Below, one piece after another: positions 37,947 through 49,081 of a DNA stretch of 64,000 bases; positions within the stretch are counted from its first letter, which is position 1, and each line of letters opens with the position of its first letter. Under the pieces are notes generated by a model. That model did no database searches, was not told the origin of the DNA, and saw only the letters and a program-made list of their open reading frames with translations. The DNA is taken from NCBI GenBank assembly GCA_964577395.1, contig CAZNYQ010000013.1, positions 6,409 to 70,408 of the forward strand. Reading direction: 5' to 3'. The position numbers and the translations under genes were made by a program. This stretch comes from an uncultured Candidatus Saccharibacteria bacterium. GTDB lineage: Bacteria; Patescibacteriota; Minisyncoccia; JBAYJV01.

Positions 37947-39187
37947 ATTTTTTGATTGTTTTTAATAGCTTGATTATATATTTTCATTAATCCTTGATAA
38001 TGTTTTTCGGGAGAAAAATCTCTCTCTATCATTAAACGGGCTTCTAGCCCCATATTTCTTAAAAGACAAGGATTGTTATGCAATTGGTTGATTTTCTGTA
38101 TTAATTCTTGACTATTGCCTGATTGAAAGAGCAAACCTGTTTTTCCTGATTTAACCAATTCGGGCAAACCGCCTATCCTTGATGCAATAACTGGTTTTCC
38201 CAAGGCGTAACTTTCTAAGACGGCAAAAGGCGCGTTTTCAAACCATACAGATGGGACAATTACTAAGGCAGCTTTTTTAATAGTTGTTTTCAATTTATCA
38301 CCATATTGCGGCTTAAGCAAATAAACATTATTTAATTGTTGCTTTTGAATTATTGCCGCAAGTTTTTCTCTTTCTTCTCCTGACCCTACTATTTTGAAAT
38401 TGATGTTAGGCAAGGCTTTCGCAGCTTCTAGTAAAATTTTAACATCTTTTTGAGGATGAAGTCTACCAAAGTAGAGAACATATTTACCTGGCTTAATTTG
38501 AGGATCAAATTCTTTTAGATTGATAAAAGGTTTAAGATAAATTATCTTTTCTGGGTTAAAGCCGTTTTCTATATATTTATTTCTTAAAAATTGGGAGGGA
38601 GATATAAAATAGTCAACATTTTTAATATAAATTTTGCTCCATTTTTCAAAATACATCTTACAAACCATTAAAAAGCTAGCCGCAGTTGAATTTTTAATAC
38701 ATTTATGTTTTATGGCTTTCCAATATTTTCCACGAGAACAATCTTCGTGAGATTTTCCCTGAAAAAACATACTATAATTGGGAGATATAAGATGATAGTC
38801 GTGTAAAGTTTGTACGATAGGGACGCCGTGTTTTTTAATAGTTGGCAGGATAGAGGGGGTTAGGTGATGATATATATTATGAATGTGTGCTATATCTGGC
38901 TTTTCGTCTTGGAGCAATTGATTAATTTTTCTTTTTGCTTCCCTAGAATAAATGAATTTTAAAGCTTTTTTCAAAGACTTAAGAGAAAAAGAAATTTTTT
39001 CAAAATCTTGTTTTTTAATAAAATATGAGCTATAAACAGAAGAGAGGGCGTCTTCGTCTTGCATTGAAAAAATTTGAATTTGATGCTGATTCTTTTGAAG
39101 AAGATTTATAAGAGATAACAAATATCTACCTGTTCCACCAGACTTACCTTTATTATGATAAAATTTATTAATCTGAAGAATTTTCAT
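37943..39187 (-). CDS. glycosyltransferase family 4
   Basis: TLHDY; GRL..QK; PSVWFENAPFAVLES..GKPVIASRIGG. Confidence 0.92.
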   Translation of the reverse strand: MKILQINKFYHNKGKSGGTGRYLLSLINLLQKNQHQIQIFSMQDEDALSSVYSSYFIKKQDFEKISFSLKSLKKALKFIYSREAKRKINQLLQDEKPDIAHIHNIYHHLTPSILPTIKKHGVPIVQTLHDYHLISPNYSMFFQGKSHEDCSRGKYWKAIKHKCIKNSTAASFLMVCKMYFEKWSKIYIKNVDYFISPSQFLRNKYIENGFNPEKIIYLKPFINLKEFDPQIKPGKYVLYFGRLHPQKDVKILLEAAKALPNINFKIVGSGEEREKLAAIIQKQQLNNVYLLKPQYGDKLKTTIKKAALVIVPSVWFENAPFAVLESYALGKPVIASRIGGLPELVKSGKTGLLFQSGNSQELIQKINQLHNNPCLLRNMGLEARLMIERDFSPEKHYQGLMKIYNQAIKNNQKI

Positions 39188-39195
39188 ACAATTTT

Positions 39196-40533
39196 GTGCC
39201 TAAAAGTCAGTTAAATTTTAAATACTTAAGTTTCTTGGGAGGGTTATTATTAGTTTTTGGACTAATAGTTTTTACTAATTTACCTTTCTTAAAGAGTATA
39301 GTTTTAATAAGCTTTTTTCTTACAACAGTTCTTCTTTTTTTAAAGCCCCTCGGAGGGCTTTTTTTACTTCTTTTTTTAAGGCCTGCTATTGATAGAGTGG
39401 GGACAGGAGAATTTTTAAAAATAGGTAATTTATCTTTAAACTATAATGCTATTTTAGGTCTTATTACTCTTTTCTGGGGGAGTGTTATGATTTTTAAATA
39501 TCGCCATCAATTTCGAAAAATTCCCTCTAAGGTTTGGATTGTCACTTTTCTTGTTATAAGTTTATTAAGTCTTATTTTTGCCCCTGGCTTTCAAATTGGC
39601 CTAGAAGAGCTTGTAAGAATTAGCAGTATTTTCATTCTTTATGCAGTAGCCTTTCTTTTGATAAATTCCAGAAAGCAGTTTAAAAAACTTTTAACTGTTT
39701 TTCTCACTTCTGCTTTCTTGCCAGTATTTTCTGCTTTACGGCAATATCTGACAGATCAAGGAGAAGTAGTCTATGGTGAGTTTTTTAAACGTTTTTTTGG
39801 AACCTTCTTTCATCCCAATAGCTTAGCTTTCTTTTTAGTGTTTTTAATAGCCCTTTTATTATTCTCGGCCAAACAGCAAAGAGAAAAGTCACCAGCGCAA
39901 TTTTTTTATTTAATATTGAGTTTATTAACTTTTCTAGTTTTGCTAGGGACTTATACTCGAGGAGCTTGGTTAGGAGCTTTAATTATTTTTATCGCTTTCA
40001 GTATTTATGGCTTTAAAAGATTTACTCTTGGTTTCGCATTAATTATTTTTTTGTTTTATTTAATAATTCCCACCCTTCAAGAACGTATTAATGATATTAT
40101 AAGACTAGAACCTTTTAGTTCATTAATGTGGCGTTTTCGGCTTTGGCAAGATATGTTACCGCAATTTCTAAGTAATCCTTTGTTTGGTCATGGACTTATG
40201 TCTTTTCGCTATTTATCAGAGAATTTACAAGGCCTACGAACTTTGCCTGCTCCCGAAGCTCATAATGATTATTTAAGGCTAGCTATAGAAGTAGGTATCA
40301 TTGGTATGTTGGGGTACTTACTAATTTATTTAAGATTAGTTATCTTTTATCTCAAGAAATATCTTAAGACCAAAGATAGCTTCTTAAAAGATATTGCTTT
40401 TGTGTCTTTGTTATTGTTATTTACTTTTATGATAATGGCATTAGGAGACAATATCTTAAGAGGCACGGCTACGCAATGGGCATTGTTTAGTTTTCTTGGA
40501 GCTACCACGTCTTTGTTTATAAAACATAAGTAG
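39196..40533 (+). CDS. O-antigen ligase/Wzy-like polytopic membrane protein
   Basis: About 12 TM; GTFFHPNSLA, TYTRGAW, R..LW, P.FGHG, AHNDYL..EVGIIG; GTG start. Confidence 0.88.
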   Translation: MPKSQLNFKYLSFLGGLLLVFGLIVFTNLPFLKSIVLISFFLTTVLLFLKPLGGLFLLLFLRPAIDRVGTGEFLKIGNLSLNYNAILGLITLFWGSVMIFKYRHQFRKIPSKVWIVTFLVISLLSLIFAPGFQIGLEELVRISSIFILYAVAFLLINSRKQFKKLLTVFLTSAFLPVFSALRQYLTDQGEVVYGEFFKRFFGTFFHPNSLAFFLVFLIALLLFSAKQQREKSPAQFFYLILSLLTFLVLLGTYTRGAWLGALIIFIAFSIYGFKRFTLGFALIIFLFYLIIPTLQERINDIIRLEPFSSLMWRFRLWQDMLPQFLSNPLFGHGLMSFRYLSENLQGLRTLPAPEAHNDYLRLAIEVGIIGMLGYLLIYLRLVIFYLKKYLKTKDSFLKDIAFVSLLLLFTFMIMALGDNILRGTATQWALFSFLGATTSLFIKHK

Positions 40534-40545
40534 CTTGCTCAAGAG

Positions 40546-40589
40546 AAAAAGGAAGACAGGAAGAGGACAGCTCCTCCTCCTGCCTTTTT
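40546..40589. terminator. bidirectional terminator-like hairpin
   Basis: AAAAAGG..CAGGA.GAGGA..TCCTC.TCCTG.CCTTTTT between convergent genes. Confidence 0.55.
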
Positions 40590-40598
40590 ATTGTGATC

Positions 40599-41201
40599 TC
40601 AGTCTTTCGACCAAAAATTAACGTAAAATTCACCAGCTCCGTAGCTATCTCCTCTTGCATATTCATCGCATCGCTTTATTTCCGACGGGATGAAGTAGAT
40701 GATCTCGCCATGAGGAGTAATAATAAAGATATTTCCCTCAAGGATGCCTTTGTTCAGCGGAATTCCGTGGATAATGATATATTTATCAACTGTTTCATCA
40801 TCCAGATCCCATTCTGCCCAGTAATGTTCGTTGTGGGGCATCCATTCTGTCTCTTCGATTTCTCGGTCATGGTTTAAATCCCATCCCCATCCTGTAACGT
40901 CTGAACCAAAGTAGATGTTCCAGACACCGAACTGAACGCAGGATTGAGTGATAACATTTTCCCAGACTGTGCAACAACCATTCTCGTCCTTGCCATTCCA
41001 TCCTTGCTTAAGTTCAAGGAAAATGTCAACCGCAGAAGCTCTTCCTTGATCATTCCAAGCTGTTACTTCTATTTTCGTGATAGCACCAAGCCATTCATCG
41101 TCAGTTTGGCAACTAAAGCAATCTTGAGCTTGAGAGAAAGCACTCAAGCTTAAAATGCTAACAACTGACATCACTACCATTAACGTAAAGAACTTTTTCA
41201 T
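40599..41201 (-). CDS. secreted Trp/Cys/acidic-rich hypothetical protein
   Basis: Sec signal (MKKFFTL..SQAQD); strong SD AGGAGGAG; higher GC than its neighbours. Confidence 0.75.
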   Translation of the reverse strand: MKKFFTLMVVMSVVSILSLSAFSQAQDCFSCQTDDEWLGAITKIEVTAWNDQGRASAVDIFLELKQGWNGKDENGCCTVWENVITQSCVQFGVWNIYFGSDVTGWGWDLNHDREIEETEWMPHNEHYWAEWDLDDETVDKYIIIHGIPLNKGILEGNIFIITPHGEIIYFIPSEIKRCDEYARGDSYGAGEFYVNFWSKD

Positions 41202-41280
41202 AGTTCTCCTCCTTTTTATTTTGTCTGGCCAATAATTTGACCGCTAAACAAAAGAAATATTCTTTTGCTTAGCGCTCCTA

Positions 41281-42036
41281 TTATTGGAGCGTAGGGAGAT
41301 TTGAAGGAGCGCTTACTTTTTTAATAAAAGGTTGCTCGCTCTTGTAATTTTTCTTGCTAAGATATTTTTTTTGCTTTCCTTTTTTTTGTTTAATTTGAGC
41401 TGTTTCTTTTTCTGCAAAGCTGATTTTTTTATCGGGAAAAGCAACAACTAATCCAATACTTGCTAATAATCCTATAATAAAACCAATGAAAGTATTAAGT
41501 AAAGCATTAGGTTTAACAAATTTTTCACTTACAACAGGATTACCTAAAGAAACGATATCAAGTTGCTCTTCACTACCTAAAAAAGTGGGGTAGTTTTTTT
41601 GAACATTCCGTTTAATTGATTGGCTGATTTCTAAAACTTGTCTTTGATCAGTATGGAAAGCAGATATTTTCAAAATACCAGTATTAGCTAATGTTTCAAC
41701 TTCCACTAATTTACGCCATTTTTTTAATTGGTCTTCTATATTTTCTCCAAAGTATTCATTTTGAATACTTGGATTATAATTAGCTACTTCAGAGAAGAAA
41801 GCAGGCGAAGTGATAATTTGCTTTAAGGTATATGCAAGCTGCTCTGATCCCTTAATAGCAGTATAGGCATCTAAATTAGTGCGTTGTTTTTGAACAATTA
41901 AGAGTTCATTGGTAGCTCTATAATAATGGGGAAGAAAGAAGTTAATATACAACCCGATAGTTCCAGCAATGATTGTTATAATCACAATTGCTTCCCATTT
42001 ATTTTTTAAACTTTTCAAGAAATTTTTATAGTTCAT
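41281..42036 (-). CDS. Wzz/CpsC-like polysaccharide chain-length determinant
   Basis: N- and C-terminal TM helices; P.YRATNELL; VKPN.LLNT.IG..IG. Confidence 0.8.
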   Translation of the reverse strand: MNYKNFLKSLKNKWEAIVIITIIAGTIGLYINFFLPHYYRATNELLIVQKQRTNLDAYTAIKGSEQLAYTLKQIITSPAFFSEVANYNPSIQNEYFGENIEDQLKKWRKLVEVETLANTGILKISAFHTDQRQVLEISQSIKRNVQKNYPTFLGSEEQLDIVSLGNPVVSEKFVKPNALLNTFIGFIIGLLASIGLVVAFPDKKISFAEKETAQIKQKKGKQKKYLSKKNYKSEQPFIKKVSAPSNLPTLQ

Positions 42037-42058
42037 AAGTTTATTTTTAATTTTCCTT

Positions 42059-42087
42059 ATACTAGCATAAAGTTATTATCTTGTCAA
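42059..42087 (-). promoter_or_regulatory. promoter of wzz-like gene
   Basis: Minus-strand TTGACA-N17-TAGTAT. Confidence 0.6.
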
Positions 42088-42139
42088 GCTTTTAAGAGGT
42101 AAATTAGTATTAAGGTAAAAATATCTCTTTTCAAATATC

Positions 42140-42204
42140 TTGACAAGTTTATAAAATGCGTTAAGATGAAATTAGATTTAGCAGACTCAACATGAGAGTG
42201 CTAA
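42140..42204 (+). promoter_or_regulatory. groESL promoter and CIRCE (HrcA operator)
   Basis: TTGACA-N16-TAAGAT; TTAGCAGAC-N9-GAGTGCTAA at 42178-42204 (consensus TTAGCACTC-N9-GAGTGCTAA). Confidence 0.88.
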
Positions 42205-42232
42205 TTATTTTAATCTGTGTTAAAAAACTTTT

Positions 42233-42523
42233 ATGAATATCAAACCTTTATCAGACCGAGTTTTAATTGAGCCTATTGCCCAAGAAGACAAAACAAAAAC
42301 TGGTATTGTTTTACCAGACACTGCTGAAAAAGAAAGACCGGAGCAGGGTAAAATTGTTGCCGTTGGTCCAGGCAAACTTCTTGAAAATGGTAAAAGACAA
42401 ACCATCGATGTTAAAAAAGGCAATAAAGTAATTTTCTCTAAATTTGGACCCTCTGAAATTAAAATTGATGGTAAGGAATATTTAATTGCTCGAACTGATG
42501 ATATTCTTGCAATTATTGGATAA
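42233..42523 (+). CDS. groES: co-chaperonin GroES
   Basis: IKPLSDRV..TKTGIVLPD..VAVGPG..DILA. Confidence 0.97.
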   Translation: MNIKPLSDRVLIEPIAQEDKTKTGIVLPDTAEKERPEQGKIVAVGPGKLLENGKRQTIDVKKGNKVIFSKFGPSEIKIDGKEYLIARTDDILAIIG

Positions 42524-42549
42524 TATTAATTTGTAATCTATATATATAA

Positions 42550-44199
<1,650 letters not shown>

Positions 44200-44217
44200 A
44201 AACAGCCCAATAAAAAT

Positions 44218-44247
44218 AAAAAGCAGGAGAATTTTCTCCTGCTTTTT
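44218..44247. terminator. bidirectional intrinsic terminator
   Basis: AAAAAGCAGGAGAA-TT-TTCTCCTGCTTTTT. Confidence 0.85.
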
Positions 44248-44272
44248 AGTGTTTTTAAACTATTTTTAACTT

Positions 44273-47254
44273 TTAAGGGACGTTAATATTTTTAGTGACT
44301 TTTTGGGTAACTGTTGGCCAGTGAAAGTTTAAAATATCAATATTTAGAATGAAACGGCATTTAGCATAAACTGATTTGGATCCGCCACTTGAAAATGTAT
44401 GATTTAAACCGCCTGGCTTTGATGCTGGATAGAGGGACTCTTTCTCTGAGCCATCCTTCCAATCAATTTTATTACTAGTAGGCATATCTAATCTTAATTT
44501 TGTTCCTCGATAAGCGATCGGGCCGATTTTAAAATAAATACCTTTGATAATTGGTTCTCCTAAAATACTGATATATATATTAGGAACACTACAGATGCCT
44601 ATAGAAGCAGGTTTAATATTCTCATCATATATCTTTACAGTATGAGGGGATGAATCTACGGCTTGAGCGTTAAGATTTCCCACACTACAATCTTCCCAAT
44701 TATTGCCATTTAATAAAGTACATACAGCTGATACGAGATCGGTAGGACAAGCAAAATTACCGCTTATATCAACCTCAATAACCAACTTCTTAATAATATT
44801 CATTAAATCAAGATGAATAATATCTTGAGCTAGATGCTGGTTTACGACAATTTTAAAGAAACGATGCAATATATCGTAGCGAATACCTGTTAATTTTTCT
44901 CCTTTCTTAGCTGCGAATTCAATAATTAGTTCTTCAACCCTATCTAAAGCATAGCTTTGTAATTCCTCAAAAGAAATATTTTTGGTTTCACTTAAAAATC
45001 TTGCAAAACTAGCTATTTCTGCTACTAATTCCGGATCTATACCTAAAGTTTCTTGTATGTAGGGAGCTAAAACATCTTGAACAATTCTTGTTATTATTTG
45101 TTTTCCACGAGAGATCAGGTAGGATTCAAAAGAGCTAATAAACTGATTTACATCAAACTCTAGAAAGATATTTAGGTCTTTGCCTTGCGCATTAATAGTA
45201 TAGTTGATGAAGTCTAGAACATATTTTGCTAATTCTGGACTGATTTTAAAATTTTCCTCTAAAACAGTTGTGATTTTAACGCTTAGAAAGTCAACCGCTT
45301 CTTCGATGAATTGTTGGCTATCAACATCTATGTCAATTCCTGCCTCGTCGAGCAGAATACTAATGCCATGACTTTCAATCTCAATAGATAGGTCTGATAT
45401 GTCGTAACCTTTGTCAAAAAGAAGAAATTTAATAAACTGAATTGTTTTTTCGATAATTCTGCTGTCAACTGCTTTTTGCACGAGCTCGCCGTCTATTTCT
45501 ACATCTATTTCTATGATGTCTAATAATTTATTAGCTGTTTGAGCTGCAAGGTCATAAGCGACGCTCCTTATAATGTCAAGGCCTTTTTGAAGAGTAATCC
45601 CGTGAGCTTGAACGTAGCTTTTCCAAAGTTCTTCTAGGCTAGATTTATTTTTTTGAATAATTTCTTGCAAACTTAGTCCTTTATTCTGGATCAAGAATTT
45701 TATAAAATTCTTGATATCATTTATTTGTTGATCATTTAAATTATATTCATCCTTAAGCTTTTGTATCTCTGTGGCAGCAAGAGAAGTCAGGGCTTCAATA
45801 ATTTGCTGTTGACTCGCTTCGCTCTCAAGATTTAATCCAGCTGATATTAAGTTTATTAATTTTTGAGCTTTTAGGATTTTTTTAATTAAAGGCGAGGAAT
45901 GTTGCTTGACATAACCATTCCACAATAGGTCAAACCATGCTTCTACATCAGAAGAGTCAGGGAGAGAGCCTCTTTCTATGCCTTGTTCGGCAAGAAAAGC
46001 AATAAAATTACCAATTTCTTGAGCTGTCCCTGTCTCAATATTAAGTTCAATTGCAAATTTTATAATAAATTCTTTAATAACTTGGGGAGCGACTTCTTTA
46101 ATTCCGTTAATGCCTGCGTTAACAAATTTATCAATGTTATCAGTAAAAAATTCGGGATCATTAATAGCTTGAATTGGATCTATTCCTTGAGATTGAAGCC
46201 AAAAATAAAAGTCAGCTAGAGCTTGCATATTTTTAGCTATATCTTCTCCAAAAAGGCCCACTATGACTTCACCGGTAAATTCTTCTGCAAAACCAGCGAG
46301 AAGATTACTTAACATTGAAGCAGTAATATTACACAAATCCCAACGTAAAGCATCTTTTTGTTCTTCACTCTCTGGAGCTTTTTTCCATCCTTCTTTTTCA
46401 GTACAAATATATTGAGGATCTGTAGGGTTATAATCACTTGGAGCTATATCTTCATGTACATTACCGCATTGCCATTCATAGTAGCCAGCATTATTTTTCT
46501 GACAGGTGGCTTCATCATAATAGCGACAATAAATTCCTTCTTCTTTTTCAATGACACGGGCTTCATCGCATGTATCTGAAGGCGCTCCTTGAGATAAGTA
46601 ACAATTAAAAGAGCTATCAACGTTTATTAAATCTTCTAAAAGATTATCAAAACTAATAATTGGTTCTGTGATATGGCAATCACTCTCAACTTTTACCCAA
46701 TAACCCTTAAAAGCTTCAAGATTTGCCCTAGGAGAAGTGAGATGATAATCATTACCAGAAGCTTCAAATAACCAATCAATTTTTAAATTACAGTTTCCCT
46801 TCAATTGTGCCCAGTTATAATTAGCGGTAGAGGCTATTAAATTCCATCCCGCTTCCAATTCTGTACTAAAGCCTCCTTCAGGAGGCATCTCTGCTTCACC
46901 CGAAGACCCAACCTCTAATTCACAATCATTAATTACCCTTACCCAGTAAGCTTTTAATGGTTTTAGAGCATCTCCGGCTTTACGATATTTATATAAATTA
47001 GGACTCCATTCCCAAGGACCTGAATCAATTTCACAGCCAGCTAGATATTCTGAACTTAATATTTCATCAGATACAGAGATGAGATTCCATCCCTTTTTAA
47101 GAGATACATTGCCCTGAGGAGCAAGCTCCATTTCTATTCCAGCTTGAGCTTTCTTAGGACTTAAAAAAGATCCTAAATAGACAAAACCAGTTTGCGTTAA
47201 AGTAAATGTTATAAGGACTATTGTAATTATTGTTTTTTTAAAAAACTTCTTCAT
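44273..47254 (-). CDS. large exported repeat protein (two GWNLI modules, Cys-rich segment, helical repeats, C-terminal PKD-like domain)
   Basis: Signal peptide ending PKKAQA; LKKGWNLIS/LEAGWNLIA..YWV repeats; IDWKDGS..HTF..G. Confidence 0.75.
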   Translation of the reverse strand: MKKFFKKTIITIVLITFTLTQTGFVYLGSFLSPKKAQAGIEMELAPQGNVSLKKGWNLISVSDEILSSEYLAGCEIDSGPWEWSPNLYKYRKAGDALKPLKAYWVRVINDCELEVGSSGEAEMPPEGGFSTELEAGWNLIASTANYNWAQLKGNCNLKIDWLFEASGNDYHLTSPRANLEAFKGYWVKVESDCHITEPIISFDNLLEDLINVDSSFNCYLSQGAPSDTCDEARVIEKEEGIYCRYYDEATCQKNNAGYYEWQCGNVHEDIAPSDYNPTDPQYICTEKEGWKKAPESEEQKDALRWDLCNITASMLSNLLAGFAEEFTGEVIVGLFGEDIAKNMQALADFYFWLQSQGIDPIQAINDPEFFTDNIDKFVNAGINGIKEVAPQVIKEFIIKFAIELNIETGTAQEIGNFIAFLAEQGIERGSLPDSSDVEAWFDLLWNGYVKQHSSPLIKKILKAQKLINLISAGLNLESEASQQQIIEALTSLAATEIQKLKDEYNLNDQQINDIKNFIKFLIQNKGLSLQEIIQKNKSSLEELWKSYVQAHGITLQKGLDIIRSVAYDLAAQTANKLLDIIEIDVEIDGELVQKAVDSRIIEKTIQFIKFLLFDKGYDISDLSIEIESHGISILLDEAGIDIDVDSQQFIEEAVDFLSVKITTVLEENFKISPELAKYVLDFINYTINAQGKDLNIFLEFDVNQFISSFESYLISRGKQIITRIVQDVLAPYIQETLGIDPELVAEIASFARFLSETKNISFEELQSYALDRVEELIIEFAAKKGEKLTGIRYDILHRFFKIVVNQHLAQDIIHLDLMNIIKKLVIEVDISGNFACPTDLVSAVCTLLNGNNWEDCSVGNLNAQAVDSSPHTVKIYDENIKPASIGICSVPNIYISILGEPIIKGIYFKIGPIAYRGTKLRLDMPTSNKIDWKDGSEKESLYPASKPGGLNHTFSSGGSKSVYAKCRFILNIDILNFHWPTVTQKVTKNINVP

Positions 47255-47312
47255 AATAGTATAATAATTATTAATTAATATTTTATTATATCACTAAAGT
47301 GTTTATGTTAAT

Positions 47313-47321
47313 TGTGGATAA
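47313..47321 (-). promoter_or_regulatory. DnaA box
   Basis: TGTGGATAA (reverse complement TTATCCACA) in the divergent intergenic region. Confidence 0.55.
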
Positions 47322-47327
47322 CAATAG

Positions 47328-48164
47328 ATGAGAAAACGATATATTCAAGAAATTTTAAATAGGTACGATAAAAGACCTATAAAAAGCATGGGGCAAAATT
47401 TTCTTCTTTCACAGAATGCTCTAAGTGAAATTTTAACTTTAGCAGATATAAAAACAAATGATGTGGTCGTAGAGATTGGGGCGGGAACAGGTGTTTTAAC
47501 AAAACAATTAGCTAAACTATCGGAACGAATTATAGCTATTGAAAAAGACGAAAAATTAACTTTAATACTGAAAGACCATTTTCACAATTTTGATAATGTT
47601 AAAATTGTCCAGGGGGATATCAGAAAAATAATTTCTTTCCAAAAAAATGACATACTAGACAATATTTCACGTTATAAAGTAATTGCTAATTTACCATATT
47701 ATCTAAGTAGTTTTGTAATAAGAAAATTTTTAGAAAGGAAGAATAAACCTGATTTAATAGTATTAATGCTTCAGAAGGAGTTAGTTGATAGAATTTGTGC
47801 TATTCCTGGCGCAATGAGTCTTTTATCTATTATGGTGCAATTGTATGCTACACCGCAAAAAGGATCGATCGTGAAGAAGAATAATTTTTATCCTAAACCT
47901 AAGGTAGATTCGCGCATTCTTTTAATTAAAAATATTAAACAAAAAATTAATTTTGACACTGAAACTTTTTTTAAAATCGTGAAAATAGCTTTTTCTTGTA
48001 AAAGAAAGAAATTAATTAATAATTTAGATAAAAACTTATTGATTAAACGTGATATTTTGATAGATATATTAAAAAAGATGGAGGTTGATGAGAATATTCG
48101 AGCCCAGGAGCTGTCAATCGAGCAATGGAAAGAGTTATATTCTCTTTTAAGAAAGTATTTATAA
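47328..48164 (+). CDS. rsmA: 16S rRNA m6,2A dimethyltransferase
   Basis: GQNFL, VEIGAGTGVLT, IEKD, ANLPYY, P.PKVDS. Confidence 0.95.
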   Translation: MRKRYIQEILNRYDKRPIKSMGQNFLLSQNALSEILTLADIKTNDVVVEIGAGTGVLTKQLAKLSERIIAIEKDEKLTLILKDHFHNFDNVKIVQGDIRKIISFQKNDILDNISRYKVIANLPYYLSSFVIRKFLERKNKPDLIVLMLQKELVDRICAIPGAMSLLSIMVQLYATPQKGSIVKKNNFYPKPKVDSRILLIKNIKQKINFDTETFFKIVKIAFSCKRKKLINNLDKNLLIKRDILIDILKKMEVDENIRAQELSIEQWKELYSLLRKYL

Positions 48165-48228
48165 AATAAGCACTTATCCCCAATTTTAACAGTTTAAATT
48201 AGGGTTTTTTTTGTTATAATAAAAAGCA

Positions 48229-49080
48229 ATGAAACGGAAAATTCTCTTCCTAATTTTTATTGTTGGAGGCGCTTTGTTATTAACGAATTTTTATTATTTA
48301 TCAAAGAATGATCAAGGTGCTTCTTTGCAAGATATTCAAAATTCCAATAATGAGACTGGTTTTATTTATTCTTTTTATAAAGATGATGATCTAGATGATT
48401 TATCAAATGCAAAAGAGAAAATTTATGGTTCTTTATACAATAAATCCGATACTGATAGTGATGGTTATTTAGATGGAGAAGAAGTTATGAATGGGTATGA
48501 TCCCATCAAAGCAGGTTCATATAAGTTAAGGGATCGCGATTATTTAAGTTTAAGCATTCAATATTTTATGTGGATGAGAGAAGTGAAAAATATAGATGAT
48601 CCTCAAATAAAGGAACGGTCTTTGGATGAATTTTTCAAACAAAATCCTCAATTTATGAAATTAGAAGAGATCAATGAACAAGAAATCTATCTTATTTCAG
48701 AAGATGATAAAGAAACCGTGGCACGGTATTTATCAGCTATAGAAAAAGTCGGGATACCAGAAGGTGTGGCAAGCTATCAGGAAATAGCTAGTAATTATAG
48801 CGAAGAAAGCAAAGAGCTCTTAAATGATATCCTAGATAAGCTTGAGCTTTCTTATCTAGATTTTCAAGCCATTGAGACGCCTTTATGCGCTAAGAAGATT
48901 CAAAAGAATTATTTAACGATTCTTAAAGAATTTTCAAGCTATTTTCAAGATCTCCAGTATTACCAAGAAGATCCTGTTCAGATTAATCTTAATACTTTGA
49001 AGGCTTCACAGCTTATTGATTTAGCTGAAGAAGCAGAGCGTTTAAAATTAGAATTATATAATAATTACGATATTAGATAA
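48229..49080 (+). CDS. membrane-anchored protein with TSP3-like Ca-binding repeats
   Basis: N-terminal TM; DDDLDDLSNAKE and DTDSDGYLDGEEV..GYDP; TGnTATAAT promoter upstream. Confidence 0.75.
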   Translation: MKRKILFLIFIVGGALLLTNFYYLSKNDQGASLQDIQNSNNETGFIYSFYKDDDLDDLSNAKEKIYGSLYNKSDTDSDGYLDGEEVMNGYDPIKAGSYKLRDRDYLSLSIQYFMWMREVKNIDDPQIKERSLDEFFKQNPQFMKLEEINEQEIYLISEDDKETVARYLSAIEKVGIPEGVASYQEIASNYSEESKELLNDILDKLELSYLDFQAIETPLCAKKIQKNYLTILKEFSSYFQDLQYYQEDPVQINLNTLKASQLIDLAEEAERLKLELYNNYDIR

Positions 49081-49081
49081 T

